Source: an uncultured Spirochaetota bacterium (GTDB lineage Bacteria > Spirochaetota > Spirochaetia > SZUA-6 > Fen-1364). From it: a DNA stretch of 64,000 bases. The stretch spans positions 256,001 through 320,000 of the forward strand of contig CAWAHW010000002.1 of assembly GCA_963781885.1 (NCBI GenBank), read 5' to 3'. Position 1 is the first letter of the stretch. The number at the start of each line of letters is the position of its first letter. The position numbers were made by a program, and so were the translations under genes. A model generated the notes under the pieces. That model was not told the DNA's origin. It saw nothing but the letters and a program-made list of their open reading frames with translations, and did no database searches. This document shows, in pieces, positions 48,179 through 57,790 of this stretch.

Positions 48179-48661
48179 AGACAGCCGCACCGTCTCTGGA
48201 GGAGGTCGGATCTGAAAAGCCAGGAAGCACGACGGCGTCTGATCCACGGCATACTGCATGCAGAAAGGGTTCACAGCCAGGAGGAGCTCCTCAAGAGGCT
48301 GGAAAAGGAAGGGGTCGAGGTCACGCAGGCGACCCTTTCACGCGATCTGAAGTTCCTGAGCGTTTCGCGCGTGCCGGATGGCCAGGGGGAGTACGTCTAC
48401 ACGGTCGATCCTCCCCAGGAGCCCGCCCAGGATCCCTTCATTCGCGACGACCTGCGCCGCGAGATCGTGGACATAAAATTCTCGGGCAATCTCGCCGTGG
48501 TAAAGACGAAAATGGGCCACGCGCCGGGCATCGCCTACGGCATCGACCAGCTCAAGATACAGGACGTGCTGGGCACGCTCGGTGGCGATGACACCCTGCT
48601 CGTGATTCTCAAGGAAGGCGCAGACCGCGCGAAATTCCTCCGGGAGCTGACGGGCGAATAG
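48176..48661 (+). CDS. argR: Arginine repressor (true start may be CTG 48212)
   Basis: SQEEL, TQATLSRDL and GTLGGDDT motifs. Confidence 0.93.
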   Translation: MRQPHRLWRRSDLKSQEARRRLIHGILHAERVHSQEELLKRLEKEGVEVTQATLSRDLKFLSVSRVPDGQGEYVYTVDPPQEPAQDPFIRDDLRREIVDIKFSGNLAVVKTKMGHAPGIAYGIDQLKIQDVLGTLGGDDTLLVILKEGADRAKFLRELTGE

Positions 48662-48783
48662 CCGCCGCGGCAACCCCCCGCGGTCCCATCCCGTGCCGAC
48701 CCCTCATGCTTGACCGGCAGTCGTGCAATGACGTACGGTTCCAACCGTGGCCCGCGGGCGCGGCCGTTTACGCCGCGGCGTCC

Positions 48784-48897
48784 TTCGCCCTCCCGGCGCG
48801 GAGTGCCGCGCCTGCCGGGCTCGGCATGGGGTACCATCGGTTCGCCCTCCCGGCGCGGAGTGCCGCGCCTGCCGGGCTCGGCATGGAGTACCATGCC
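48784..48897. repeat. Direct duplication of 54 bp (period 57) with palindromic ends
   Basis: TTCGCCCTCCCGGCGCGG...GGCATGG[G/A]GTACCAT at 48784 and 48841, one mismatch. Confidence 0.9.
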
Positions 48898-48962
48898 TCG
48901 GGCTCCCGCCGTCTGCGCATGCGCGCAGCCGGCTGCCGCCCTGCGGGGCGCGTACGCCCCTT

Positions 48963-49035
48963 CGGGATGTAGCCTAGCGGCTAAGGCGCCTGCTTTGGGA
49001 GCAGGAGATCGTTGGTTCGAATCCAATCATCCCGA
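48963..49035 (+). tRNA. tRNA-Pro(TGG)
   Basis: CGGGATG/CATCCCG acceptor stem, CCTGC-TTTGGGA-GCAGG anticodon arm, GGTTCGAATCC. Confidence 0.95.
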
Positions 49036-49118
49036 TTTTCCCGCTCGTGTTGACACCCCCGGTGACGCGATGGTAGCCTGAAAAAAGGGCGTGTCGGAAA
49101 GACCCGCGCGTCGCTCCT

Positions 49119-49192
49119 GCGTCCATAGCTCAGTTGGATAGAGCAACAGCCTTCTAAGCTGTGGGTCGCCTGTTCGAGTCAGGCTGGACGCG
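49119..49192 (+). tRNA. tRNA-Arg(TCT)
   Basis: GCGTCCA/TGGACGC stem, ACAGC-CTTCTAA-GCTGT anticodon arm; own promoter TTGACA(49050)-N18-TAGCCT. Confidence 0.95.
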
Positions 49193-49226
49193 CTCGTTCG
49201 CTTTTGTTGGAACCTGCATGCGTGCC

Positions 49227-49535
49227 TCAGCTGACGATCCCCCCCGTCAGCGACTTTTCGAGCTTGAAATAGAGCCGTTCAGGCCAACTGTGAAGGTAGT
49301 TGGCATTGACGATTGAAGGGAAAACGCCGCGTGCGGCGAAGACGCCCATGGTGGACAGTTTGACTCTGTAGAGGCAGCCGCCGTTCGCCACCTCTCGCAT
49401 CTTCTCCAGACAGACCTGGCAGCCCTCAAAAGATTCAGCGGAGAAATGGAAAAGGTAGACAACCGAGTGATCGGCTTTGTCATAACCGAGCAACTGGCAC
49501 GTCCCGTCGAGGATCATTCGCAGGGTGTGCATCAT
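49227..49535 (-). CDS. Hypothetical protein
   Basis: 102-aa ORF with GAGAGG RBS; no recognised motif. Confidence 0.55.
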   Translation of the reverse strand: MMHTLRMILDGTCQLLGYDKADHSVVYLFHFSAESFEGCQVCLEKMREVANGGCLYRVKLSTMGVFAARGVFPSIVNANYLHSWPERLYFKLEKSLTGGIVS

Positions 49536-49711
49536 GATCCTCTCGTGCGTGCCATGAAGCTTGCATTGCCACAGTCCGTGCGACGCGCCGACCTTCAAGC
49601 TCAACACATGCACGGGGGACATTTCAGGCTTGCCTGCCGCTTCAAGGATACGTCGATCGTTCGACCTGCCGCAACCCCGGTCCGAACTGCAAGGAAGGTG
49701 CGGCAACCTCC

Positions 49712-52498
49712 CTACAACGCGTGCACGGCGCGGATGGCCTGCAGCAGCTCGGCGGAAGGGGAGTTTTTCATGATGAAGGCGACGGCGCCGGCGTTCAGGA
49801 AATCCGCTTCCACGTCCTTCCTGTCGTGCATTGAAAGCCCGATGACCTTCATGTGGGGATGCTCGAGACGCAGGAGTCGTGTCGCTTTGATGCCGTCGAT
49901 TTCCGGCATCTCGATGTCCATGAGCACGACGTCCGGCAGGAGCCGTCGGGCGCGGTCAAGGGCGACCCTCCCGTTCTCCGCTTCGCCGACCACTTCGATG
50001 TCGTCGCTCAGGTTGAGCATCGCGGCCAGCGCCTGGCGCACGACGGAGTGATCGTCGACGACCAGGACCCTGATTTTTGACCGAGCGGCGCTCTGTATCG
50101 CTGGCGCCGCTTCCGCCGCTTCCGCTGTCGCGACGAGAATCGTAAAAACGCTTCCCCTTCCAGGGGCGCTCTGGACGGCGAAACCGCAGCCGCGATTCTG
50201 CAACCGCTCCTGGACCGCGAACAGGCCGAAACCGCCCTCCACGGATTGCCCGCGAACCGTGGCAGGGTCAAAGCCCCGGCCCGCGTCGCTCACCTTGATC
50301 TGGATCTGGTTGCCCGCGCTCACCACTTCGATCTTTCCTTCACGGGTCTGCGCGTGCTTGGCGATGTTGAAGATGAGCTCCTGGACGGATCGATAGATCA
50401 TGATGGTGATGTCCTCCGACAGCTTCATCTGGCGGATGTCCGTCTCCAGCGTGATGTCCAGGCCGTATTTTTCCTTCGCCCACTGCGTCAGCCATTCGAG
50501 GACGGCGACCATGTTCCCTTTGTACAGGACGGAGGGGCAGAGCTTCGCGGTGAGCGATCGCGTGATCTGGAGGCAGCTTTCCAGCAGGTCCTGGCACGGC
50601 TTTGCCGTCGCGTCGTCGACGCACTCCAGGCGCAGCTTCAGACCGACGAGAATCTGCTGCAGCTCGTCGTGCAGGACGCCCGCCAGTTGACGGCGCTCCT
50701 TCTGCTCGGCAAGGGTGAGCTGCGCGGTGAGGCCGTGCAATTGTGCATTTCTCTCCTCGAGCGTCCTCTGCGTCTCGTCTCTCTGCGCCCGGGCCCGCAG
50801 CGCCTGCAGACCGTAGGCCATGTCTCCCGCGAGCTCCTTGAAGAGCGCGATTTCTTCCTTGTCAAAGGCCGCGATCTTGCCGGAATAGATGGTGAGCGCG
50901 CCGAAAGGGGCGCCATTGGGGCTCGCCAGGGGAAGGGCAAGAGACGACCGGAAGCCCCGCGTGAGGGCCTCGTCCCGCCAGGGCCTGAGCGAGTCGTCAT
51001 TGAAAAAGTCCGCGCCGACGCACACCCGATTCTCCCGGATGGCGGTTCCCGTCGGGCCGCGGCCGCGCTCGACGTCCGCCCAGGTGATCCGTGCCCGCTC
51101 GAGGTAGCCATCCTCGAAGCCGACATTGGCGACGGGGCGGACCGTCCTTGCGTCGTTGTCTTCCGCGTAGCCCACCCATGCCATGAGATATCCGCCTTCC
51201 GCCACGATGAAATGACACAGGCTTCGGATCAGCTCCGTCTCATCGGCGGCAGCGACCAGGGCCTGGTTGCACTGGGAGAGCATGCGATACAGCCGAACGC
51301 TCTTCTCCAGCTGCCCGGTCCGTTCGCGGACCTGCGCCTCGAGTCTTTCGTTCATCTCGGCGAGATGACGCTCCAGCGCCTTGCGCTCCGTGACGTCCAC
51401 GAATGACGCAACGGCGCCCAGCATCGTGCCATCCGGCGTGCGGATGGGCGCCGCGCTGGCCGATATCCACACCGTGCGGTCGGGAAAAGGCGCCGCCAGG
51501 ACGACGTTGTGCACCGTGTCGCCGCGCAGGGCGCGCTGCGCGGGTATCTCTTCCGTCAGGAACGGCTGCCCGTTTTCCTTTTCCCAGGCCATGATGCGCT
51601 GGCGTTCGCCGACCGTCTTGTTGAAAAAAAGCTCCGACGTGAATGTCTGTTCCGCAATACTGTTCATCCAGACGGCTTTGCCTTCCATGTTGTAGATGAT
51701 CAGGCCGGTTGCCATCGAGGAGATGGTGGCATTGAGCTCGGCGGCACGCCGCTCCGCTTCGGAAAAGAGGCGCGCCCTCTCTTTTTCTGCCTCCTTCTGC
51801 TCCGTCACGTCGCGGATGACGGCAACGGAACCGATGATCATGCCGGCGGAATCCCGCACCGGGGCGGCGTTGATCTGTTGGCAGCGCATGTCACCGGTCG
51901 CCGGCATACGGACCAGGACTTCCTGGCTTTTTACCACCTCCCCGTGCAGGGCGCGCAGCGCCGCGGCCTCTTCGATAGGACGCGGCTTTCCATCGGGCCA
52001 GAATACCTCCAGGCCCGCATTGAGGCTCTCCAGGGGTACTCCCTCGGCGGTCTGCAAATCGTAATTGTGCAGCGCGGGCCGGTTGGCGAGGACGATTCTT
52101 TTCTCCGTATCGGCGAACCAGACCTCGTCCGGTATGCTCTGCACGAGCGCCGCGAGACGGTCTTTTTCCTGTAGGGCTTTTTCTTCCGCGCGTTTCCGCT
52201 CGGTGACGTCCAGGCAGTAGAAGCGGACGGCCTTCTCTGTTTCCAGGAAAATGACTTCGAGCTGATACCAGCGGGAAGGGCCGGCGCGAACGGTGAGTGT
52301 CGCATTCTCCCTTTTGCCCTTGGCGTATTCGCACGCGATCTCCCGCAACCACGGCAGAGCCTCGAATTCGCCAAAGACGGCCCTTGCGGCGGGGTTGGAG
52401 AAAACTATCTTCCCGTCGAGACTCGACTCAAACACGGGGTTCGGATTGAGATCGGGGAATGATTGCTGCCGCGCACCATCATGACTGCCGACGCGCAT
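49712..52498 (-). CDS. Hybrid sensor kinase: PAS x3, GAF, HisKA_3/HATPase, C-terminal receiver
   Basis: ERRQLAGVLHDELQQ, QELIFNIAKHA, DAGRGFD, GFGL; VLVVDDH...DVVLMDIEMP. Confidence 0.9.
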   Translation of the reverse strand: MRVGSHDGARQQSFPDLNPNPVFESSLDGKIVFSNPAARAVFGEFEALPWLREIACEYAKGKRENATLTVRAGPSRWYQLEVIFLETEKAVRFYCLDVTERKRAEEKALQEKDRLAALVQSIPDEVWFADTEKRIVLANRPALHNYDLQTAEGVPLESLNAGLEVFWPDGKPRPIEEAAALRALHGEVVKSQEVLVRMPATGDMRCQQINAAPVRDSAGMIIGSVAVIRDVTEQKEAEKERARLFSEAERRAAELNATISSMATGLIIYNMEGKAVWMNSIAEQTFTSELFFNKTVGERQRIMAWEKENGQPFLTEEIPAQRALRGDTVHNVVLAAPFPDRTVWISASAAPIRTPDGTMLGAVASFVDVTERKALERHLAEMNERLEAQVRERTGQLEKSVRLYRMLSQCNQALVAAADETELIRSLCHFIVAEGGYLMAWVGYAEDNDARTVRPVANVGFEDGYLERARITWADVERGRGPTGTAIRENRVCVGADFFNDDSLRPWRDEALTRGFRSSLALPLASPNGAPFGALTIYSGKIAAFDKEEIALFKELAGDMAYGLQALRARAQRDETQRTLEERNAQLHGLTAQLTLAEQKERRQLAGVLHDELQQILVGLKLRLECVDDATAKPCQDLLESCLQITRSLTAKLCPSVLYKGNMVAVLEWLTQWAKEKYGLDITLETDIRQMKLSEDITIMIYRSVQELIFNIAKHAQTREGKIEVVSAGNQIQIKVSDAGRGFDPATVRGQSVEGGFGLFAVQERLQNRGCGFAVQSAPGRGSVFTILVATAEAAEAAPAIQSAARSKIRVLVVDDHSVVRQALAAMLNLSDDIEVVGEAENGRVALDRARRLLPDVVLMDIEMPEIDGIKATRLLRLEHPHMKVIGLSMHDRKDVEADFLNAGAVAFIMKNSPSAELLQAIRAVHAL

Positions 52499-52553
52499 GC
52501 CTTCCTCCTCCCGTCGATGCCAGGTCTTTCCGCTGAAGGGGAGAAAAGCATGC

Positions 52554-53063
52554 CTACCACAAGGGTGGAGAAAAGTCAACTTTGCCGGATGGTCCCGTCG
52601 CCGCCTTCGCGATCCGGCCGGCTGTGCGGGCGGTGATCGTGATGTGCCCGACACCGAGTACCAGCGCCGCCACCGCGGGGAGGATCGAGCGCATCACAAT
52701 CGATTCCAGGAGGAAGCAGGCGACCGGGAAGACCGCCATGGGGATGGGGATGCCGAACATCGGCCTGAAAAGAAGCGAGAAGTCCCGGCCGCCGCGCATG
52801 TAGCGAATCCACCCCGCGTAGTAGAGCCCCAGGGAAAGCGCCAGGGCGATCCATGCCGAGACCACCAATGGCCCGGAGAATGAGAGCGGAAAGAAAATCG
52901 GCATCAGGAAGCAGCACGCCTGTCCGACTCTCTCCAGGATCGTGAAGAGGGGCGGGTCGGCCGCCGCGCCCTGTTCCGCGTTCACCGGTGGATAGAGGAG
53001 ATAGAGCAGGTTGGGGACCAGCACGGCTGCCGGAATCGAGAGGCTCAGGGGATGGAGGAGCAT
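52554..53063 (-). CDS. Hypothetical multi-TM membrane protein
   Basis: About 5 hydrophobic helices. Confidence 0.65.
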   Translation of the reverse strand: MLLHPLSLSIPAAVLVPNLLYLLYPPVNAEQGAAADPPLFTILERVGQACCFLMPIFFPLSFSGPLVVSAWIALALSLGLYYAGWIRYMRGGRDFSLLFRPMFGIPIPMAVFPVACFLLESIVMRSILPAVAALVLGVGHITITARTAGRIAKAATGPSGKVDFSPPLW

Positions 53064-53096
53064 CGATTCATTCCACGGCGGCGACCGCGGCCCGGT

Positions 53097-53468
53097 TCAC
53101 GCGATCCTGCACGGTATCACCGCATCCTCGTCAAAGGAATACACGGCGCACAGACGGTGGTAGCCATCCGCGATGATGACCTTGCCGTTGGCCGCGTCCC
53201 GCAGCAGGAGGAGGGGTGAGAGGGCGCGCCCGGATCTTATCTTTTCCTGGTCCTTTTGCACGTGCGCATTACTCACGCCGAGCAGCGACAGGCCCGATGC
53301 CCGAAAGATGTCCTTCGCCTTGAACTTTGCAAGGGGAGCGCTTTTGAGCCGTGCGACATGGGCGGCTGCCGTCTTTTCGTCGAAAAGAAGGGAGAGGTAG
53401 GACAAGGCCGCAGGGTAGTTGTGCTCCTCCGGCTCGCTCAGCCAGGTGACCTCGACGTTCTTTCCCAT
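53097..53468 (-). CDS. Small ParB/sulfiredoxin-like domain protein
   Basis: PLLLLR...VIIADGYHRL motif; GGAGG RBS. Confidence 0.7.
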   Translation of the reverse strand: MGKNVEVTWLSEPEEHNYPAALSYLSLLFDEKTAAAHVARLKSAPLAKFKAKDIFRASGLSLLGVSNAHVQKDQEKIRSGRALSPLLLLRDAANGKVIIADGYHRLCAVYSFDEDAVIPCRIA

Positions 53469-53572
53469 TGCCGCCTCCCGGCCCCGAGCTTCACACAGGA
53501 GCGACACATGTTCAACCCGGCGCTGCGGCGCATTCTGTACGAGCCGCATTTTCGCGTGATACAATGCATGTC

Positions 53573-54034
53573 ATGAAGCGATACTCCGTTGCGCTCCTCT
53601 GTGCCTCCGTTCTCCTGGTCCTTTCCGGATGCGACGTCTTGAACTTCCTCTGGCAGGGCATCATCGGCAAGGGGTACTACCAGCTCACGCAGGCGTCGGT
53701 CGCCGCGGAGAGCACGAGCATGACCAATGCCCCCATCGATCTTTCGACGCTGACCACAAGCTCTGTGATCGTCTATAAGACGAGCGCGAATGGCCTCTAT
53801 GGAAAGCTGTCGCTTCTGACCGCCCCGCCGACGGGAAGCCTCACGATCATGTTCGTGACATACAAAGCAGACGGAACGACGAAGCAAAGCTCCACGAGCG
53901 TGATCATCCCGGCCGCCGGCGCGTTCGACCTTGAAGGAGGAATCCAGACCGCACAAGGCAACAGCGATTTCGTATTTTCGAGTCCTGCGACACTGACGCC
54001 GGAAAACTTCGCGAAATTCTATCTCATGCCGTGA
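53573..54034 (+). CDS. Hypothetical lipoprotein
   Basis: MKRY...VLSGC lipobox; S/T-rich beta-type sequence. Confidence 0.7.
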   Translation: MKRYSVALLCASVLLVLSGCDVLNFLWQGIIGKGYYQLTQASVAAESTSMTNAPIDLSTLTTSSVIVYKTSANGLYGKLSLLTAPPTGSLTIMFVTYKADGTTKQSSTSVIIPAAGAFDLEGGIQTAQGNSDFVFSSPATLTPENFAKFYLMP

Positions 54035-54047
54035 GCTGCGGGACATG

Positions 54048-54073
54048 AAAAAGCCGCCCGGGAGGGGCGGCTT
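54048..54073 (-). terminator. Intrinsic terminator of htrA (possibly bidirectional)
   Basis: GCCGCCC/GGGCGGC stem with a T tract on the minus strand, between convergent genes. Confidence 0.75.
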
Positions 54074-54091
54074 CCAGGATCCGTCTCCTGA

Positions 54092-55618
54092 CTATCGACT
54101 CATCCCGATCGTTACGTCAGTGCCCTGCCGGCTGATCTTGAAGGAAATGTCCTTCTTCGTCCTGTCGTTCACCGCCTTGTAGAAATCCATCACCGTGTGG
54201 ATGTCCTTCCCGTTGATCTGCGTGATGAGGTCACCGGGACGGAACCCCGCGATTGCCGCCGGCGACTGGTCCTGTGCGTTGTTGCCGGACAAAGCCCCCT
54301 GGATCATGACGCCGTCCACGCCCTTGGCGATATCGTTGAAGCCGGGGAGCTGGCGCGCGTCGTCATTTGCGTGGAAGACCACCAGGCCCGGCCACATGTT
54401 GGAATACGCCGTCTCATCGGACCCGTCGGCGGGCCGCACGGCGAGCTTGACGGACACTTTTGTCTTTTCCCCGTTGCGGATGATCTCGAAGTCGTAGGTC
54501 CTGCCCGCGAGCAGGTCCCCGACCACTTGGATGAGCTTGTTCGTGTTGGGGATGTCGGTGCCGTTGGCCGTCGTGATGTAGTCGCCCGGCAGGAGCCCGC
54601 CCTTGTCCGCCGCCGAGTTCTTGAAGACGTTCAGAACGAGCGATCCCTTCACGTTGTCGACCTTCAGGTCCCTGCCGACACCCGGAAGCGTGTCACTCTC
54701 CGGGTCACCGGGGAGAATGCCGAGGAAGCCGTACTCCACCTTTCCCTTGCTGATGAAATCGTCCACCGCCTTCTTCGCGCTGTTGATCGGGATGGCGAAT
54801 CCGAGGCTGATGCTTCCCCCCGTGGGCGTGGCAATCCAGGTGTTGATGCCCACCACCTCGCCCTTGATGTTCACGAGCGCCCCGCCCGAGTTGCCCTCGT
54901 TGATCGCGGCGTCGGTCTGGATGTAGTCGGTATTCGAGCTGAGCTGTGAATTGCTGCGGCCCAGCGCGCTCACGATTCCCATCGTGACCGTGTTCTCAAA
55001 ACCCCAGGGGTTGCCCACGGCGAGAACGAGGTCGCCGACTTCCAGGTCGCTGGAGTCGCCCAGCTCGGCCACCGGCAGGCTCCGGCTGCTGCTGAAGGAG
55101 ATGACGGCGAGGTCCCGCCGCGAGTCCGTCCCCACGGTTTTCACATTGCCGATGACGGTTTCGTCGGACAGCTTTACCTTGATCGTCGTGGCCGAATCCA
55201 CGACGTGGTTGTTCGTGAGCACGTAGTAGGTGCTGCCGGACCTCTTCACGATGATACCGGAGCCCAGACCCTGCTGGACGCGGGGCTGCGGGCTCCTGCC
55301 ATTGTTCGGCTGGTTGAAGAACCAGTCGAAGGGGCTTGCGGGCAGCGCGCCGCCCGCCTGCTGCGTGATGTCCACCTCCACGACAACGGGGAGCACCTTC
55401 TGCGCCACCTCGCGGAACGAGTACTGTATCGTGGCGAGGTTTTTCGTGGCTTCCGCCATGCCTGCCGAGTTCGACGCCGGGCCGGACGGCGAGGAGGATT
55501 GGGCGATGTCGGTGCCGCCGGTCTTCTCCGCCCTGCCGAGAGAGAACGCCATTGCGGGACCGAGGACCAGCAGCACGAGCGCCGCCAAAGCAATGTATGT
55601 CAAAGAGGGATGTTTCAT
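54092..55618 (-). CDS. htrA: HtrA/DegP serine protease with two PDZ domains
   Basis: GLGSGII, TNNHVV, DLAVI and QTDAAINEGNSGGAL motifs. Confidence 0.93.
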   Translation of the reverse strand: MKHPSLTYIALAALVLLVLGPAMAFSLGRAEKTGGTDIAQSSSPSGPASNSAGMAEATKNLATIQYSFREVAQKVLPVVVEVDITQQAGGALPASPFDWFFNQPNNGRSPQPRVQQGLGSGIIVKRSGSTYYVLTNNHVVDSATTIKVKLSDETVIGNVKTVGTDSRRDLAVISFSSSRSLPVAELGDSSDLEVGDLVLAVGNPWGFENTVTMGIVSALGRSNSQLSSNTDYIQTDAAINEGNSGGALVNIKGEVVGINTWIATPTGGSISLGFAIPINSAKKAVDDFISKGKVEYGFLGILPGDPESDTLPGVGRDLKVDNVKGSLVLNVFKNSAADKGGLLPGDYITTANGTDIPNTNKLIQVVGDLLAGRTYDFEIIRNGEKTKVSVKLAVRPADGSDETAYSNMWPGLVVFHANDDARQLPGFNDIAKGVDGVMIQGALSGNNAQDQSPAAIAGFRPGDLITQINGKDIHTVMDFYKAVNDRTKKDISFKISRQGTDVTIGMSR

Positions 55619-55739
55619 TCTATAGTTCCTCCTGTGCACAAGATACCTCTCCCAGATTGTGGATTGACTGGTCGATTGTTAATTTTCGTTAATCTGGTAT
55701 CATGAGCGACGTATTCTGTCCAGGGGAAGGGAATCGCCC

Positions 55740-56531
55740 GTGAACAACGACCAGATCCGCGCAACGCTCCTTTCCCTGCGAAAGACCGAGTTCGATTTCT
55801 CCGTCATCCTTTCGGGCAAGAAGAGCCGCAAGGTGCACGGCCTCTACAAGCCGGAGACGCGCGAGATCATCATCCACAACAAGAACTTCAAGAACGACAA
55901 CGAGCTCATGTATACGGCAATACACGAATACGCGCACCACATCCAATTCACCACCGCCGCGCGGCCGATCTCCGCGCGCACCCACACCACGGCCTTTTGG
56001 AACCTTCTCCACACGCTGCTCTTCGAGGCCGAAGCAAAGGGCATCTACCGGAATCCTTTCGACGCCATCGACGAGTTCCGCGCGCTCACGCGGCAGATCA
56101 AGGACAAGTTCCTGACGGAAAGCGGCGCCGCGATGAAAGAGCTGGGCCGGCTCCTCATCCAGGCGCACGAGCTGTGCGAGAAGCACGGCACGAGCTTCTC
56201 CGATTACCTCGACAGGGTGCTCGCCCTGCCGCGGACAAGCGCGAATGTCATCATGAAGGCCCACACGCTCGACCTGGACCCCGCGGTCGGCTTCGAGAAC
56301 ATGCGGACGCTCGCCACGATTCGCGACGATCGCGCCCGGCAGGCGGCGCAGAAAGAGCTGCGCGCGGGGCACAGCCCGGACATGGTGAAGACCGCCTATG
56401 GACCCACGGCGCCGCCAAAGGATCACCGCGAGGCTCTCCAGGCCGAGAGGGAGAGGCTGGAGAAGAGCATCGAGAGGATGAAAAAGCAGTTGAAGGAGAT
56501 CGAAAAGCGGCTCCGTGAGCTCGATCAGTAG
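55740..56531 (+). CDS. Hypothetical HExxH (SprT-like) protein with a C-terminal coiled coil
   Basis: GLY...AIHEYAHH...H...FW. Confidence 0.7.
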   Translation: MNNDQIRATLLSLRKTEFDFSVILSGKKSRKVHGLYKPETREIIIHNKNFKNDNELMYTAIHEYAHHIQFTTAARPISARTHTTAFWNLLHTLLFEAEAKGIYRNPFDAIDEFRALTRQIKDKFLTESGAAMKELGRLLIQAHELCEKHGTSFSDYLDRVLALPRTSANVIMKAHTLDLDPAVGFENMRTLATIRDDRARQAAQKELRAGHSPDMVKTAYGPTAPPKDHREALQAERERLEKSIERMKKQLKEIEKRLRELDQ

Positions 56532-56549
56532 CCGCCAGGAGCGTTCACC

Positions 56550-57062
56550 ATGGACATTCACGAAACGATCCGGCTCCGCAAGAGCGTGCGCGCATTCCTG
56601 GACAGGCCCGTCTCAGACGAAACGCTCGCCCGCGTGATGGACGCGGCGCGTCTTGCCCCCTCGGCCCGCAACGGCCAGGAGTGGCGATTCGTCGTCGTCC
56701 GCGACGGCGCGACGCGCGAAAGGATCGCGCGGGAGGCCGCCCGGCAGCCCTTTATCGGCACGGCGGCGATACTCCTGGCCGCATGCGCCGAGACCGACGG
56801 GAGGATCATGCGATGCGGCCAGGCCGCCTACCCCATCGACGTCGCCATTGCGATGGATCACCTGAGCCTTGCGGCGGTCGCGGAAGGCCTGGGCACGTGC
56901 TGGATCGGGTCATTCGACGAATCGCTCGTGAAGCAAATACTCGGGATACCCGATGCGATACGGGTCGTCCAGCTCATGCCGCTGGGCTACCCCGCGGACA
57001 CCGGGCCGGTCGCCAAGATCAGGCTGCCGCTGGAACAGATCGTGCATCACGAAAGGTGGTGA
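56550..57062 (+). CDS. Nitroreductase family protein
   Basis: RKSVRAF, APSARNGQEWRF, GLGTCWIG and LGYP motifs. Confidence 0.92.
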   Translation: MDIHETIRLRKSVRAFLDRPVSDETLARVMDAARLAPSARNGQEWRFVVVRDGATRERIAREAARQPFIGTAAILLAACAETDGRIMRCGQAAYPIDVAIAMDHLSLAAVAEGLGTCWIGSFDESLVKQILGIPDAIRVVQLMPLGYPADTGPVAKIRLPLEQIVHHERW

Positions 57063-57063
57063 G

Positions 57064-57783
57064 ATGCCGAAGCTGGAGATCAGCAAGGTTCACGACGCCT
57101 ACGCGGACCCGGGGGAATGTCCCCTGTGCGCGCTGAGGGAATCCGCGGAGGCGACCTACGTCCGCTCCTTCCAGCACTCCCGCGTGATGGAGCCGAACGT
57201 GCGCGTCCAGACAAATGCAGTCGGCTTCTGTCCCGATCACTACGGAAAGCTGTATCGCGCGGAGGACAAGCTCGGCCTCGGTCTTGTCGTCCACACCCAT
57301 CTCCAGCAGCAGATCCCGCAGATCCGCGCCGCATTAAAGACAATCGCGACGGCCGGCAGGAGCCGCCAGACGCGGAGGGGCACGGCGGAAGCAGAGGCGG
57401 CGCTCGCCGCGCTGCGGGACCGCTGCTTCATCTGCGACATGCTCCGCGCGGACGGCGAGCGCTACGCCTTCACCATCCTCTACCTGTGGAGCAAGGACGC
57501 GGAGTTTCCCGCTCGGTTTCGCGCGTCGCGCGGATTCTGCATGGGTCATTTCCTCCAGATGCTCGCCGCGGCGCGGAGGCTGTTGCGCGCGGACCGCGCG
57601 CGCCACTGGATCGAAGAAGCAGCTGCCCTCCAGATAGAAAGCCTGGAGGGTCTGGAAAAGGACCTCTTTGCCTTTACGCAGCTTTCCCGAAGCGAGAATA
57701 AAAGCCTTGGATCCGAGACCGAGCGGACGGCGCTTGGGCGCACCCTTCAGAAGCTCGCCGGGGGACGATTCCGCCTGGAGTGA
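57064..57783 (+). CDS. DUF6062-like protein with repeated CxxC / GFCxxH motifs
   Basis: CPLC...GFCPDH...CFIC...GFCMGH. Confidence 0.7.
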   Translation: MPKLEISKVHDAYADPGECPLCALRESAEATYVRSFQHSRVMEPNVRVQTNAVGFCPDHYGKLYRAEDKLGLGLVVHTHLQQQIPQIRAALKTIATAGRSRQTRRGTAEAEAALAALRDRCFICDMLRADGERYAFTILYLWSKDAEFPARFRASRGFCMGHFLQMLAAARRLLRADRARHWIEEAAALQIESLEGLEKDLFAFTQLSRSENKSLGSETERTALGRTLQKLAGGRFRLE

Positions 57784-57790
57784 GGGGCGG

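Noticed and set aside
48963-54050. Integrative element or prophage at tRNA-Pro/Arg
   Set aside because: No integrase or phage genes; only an 8-nt TTCGAGTC echo near 53977, too short for an att site.
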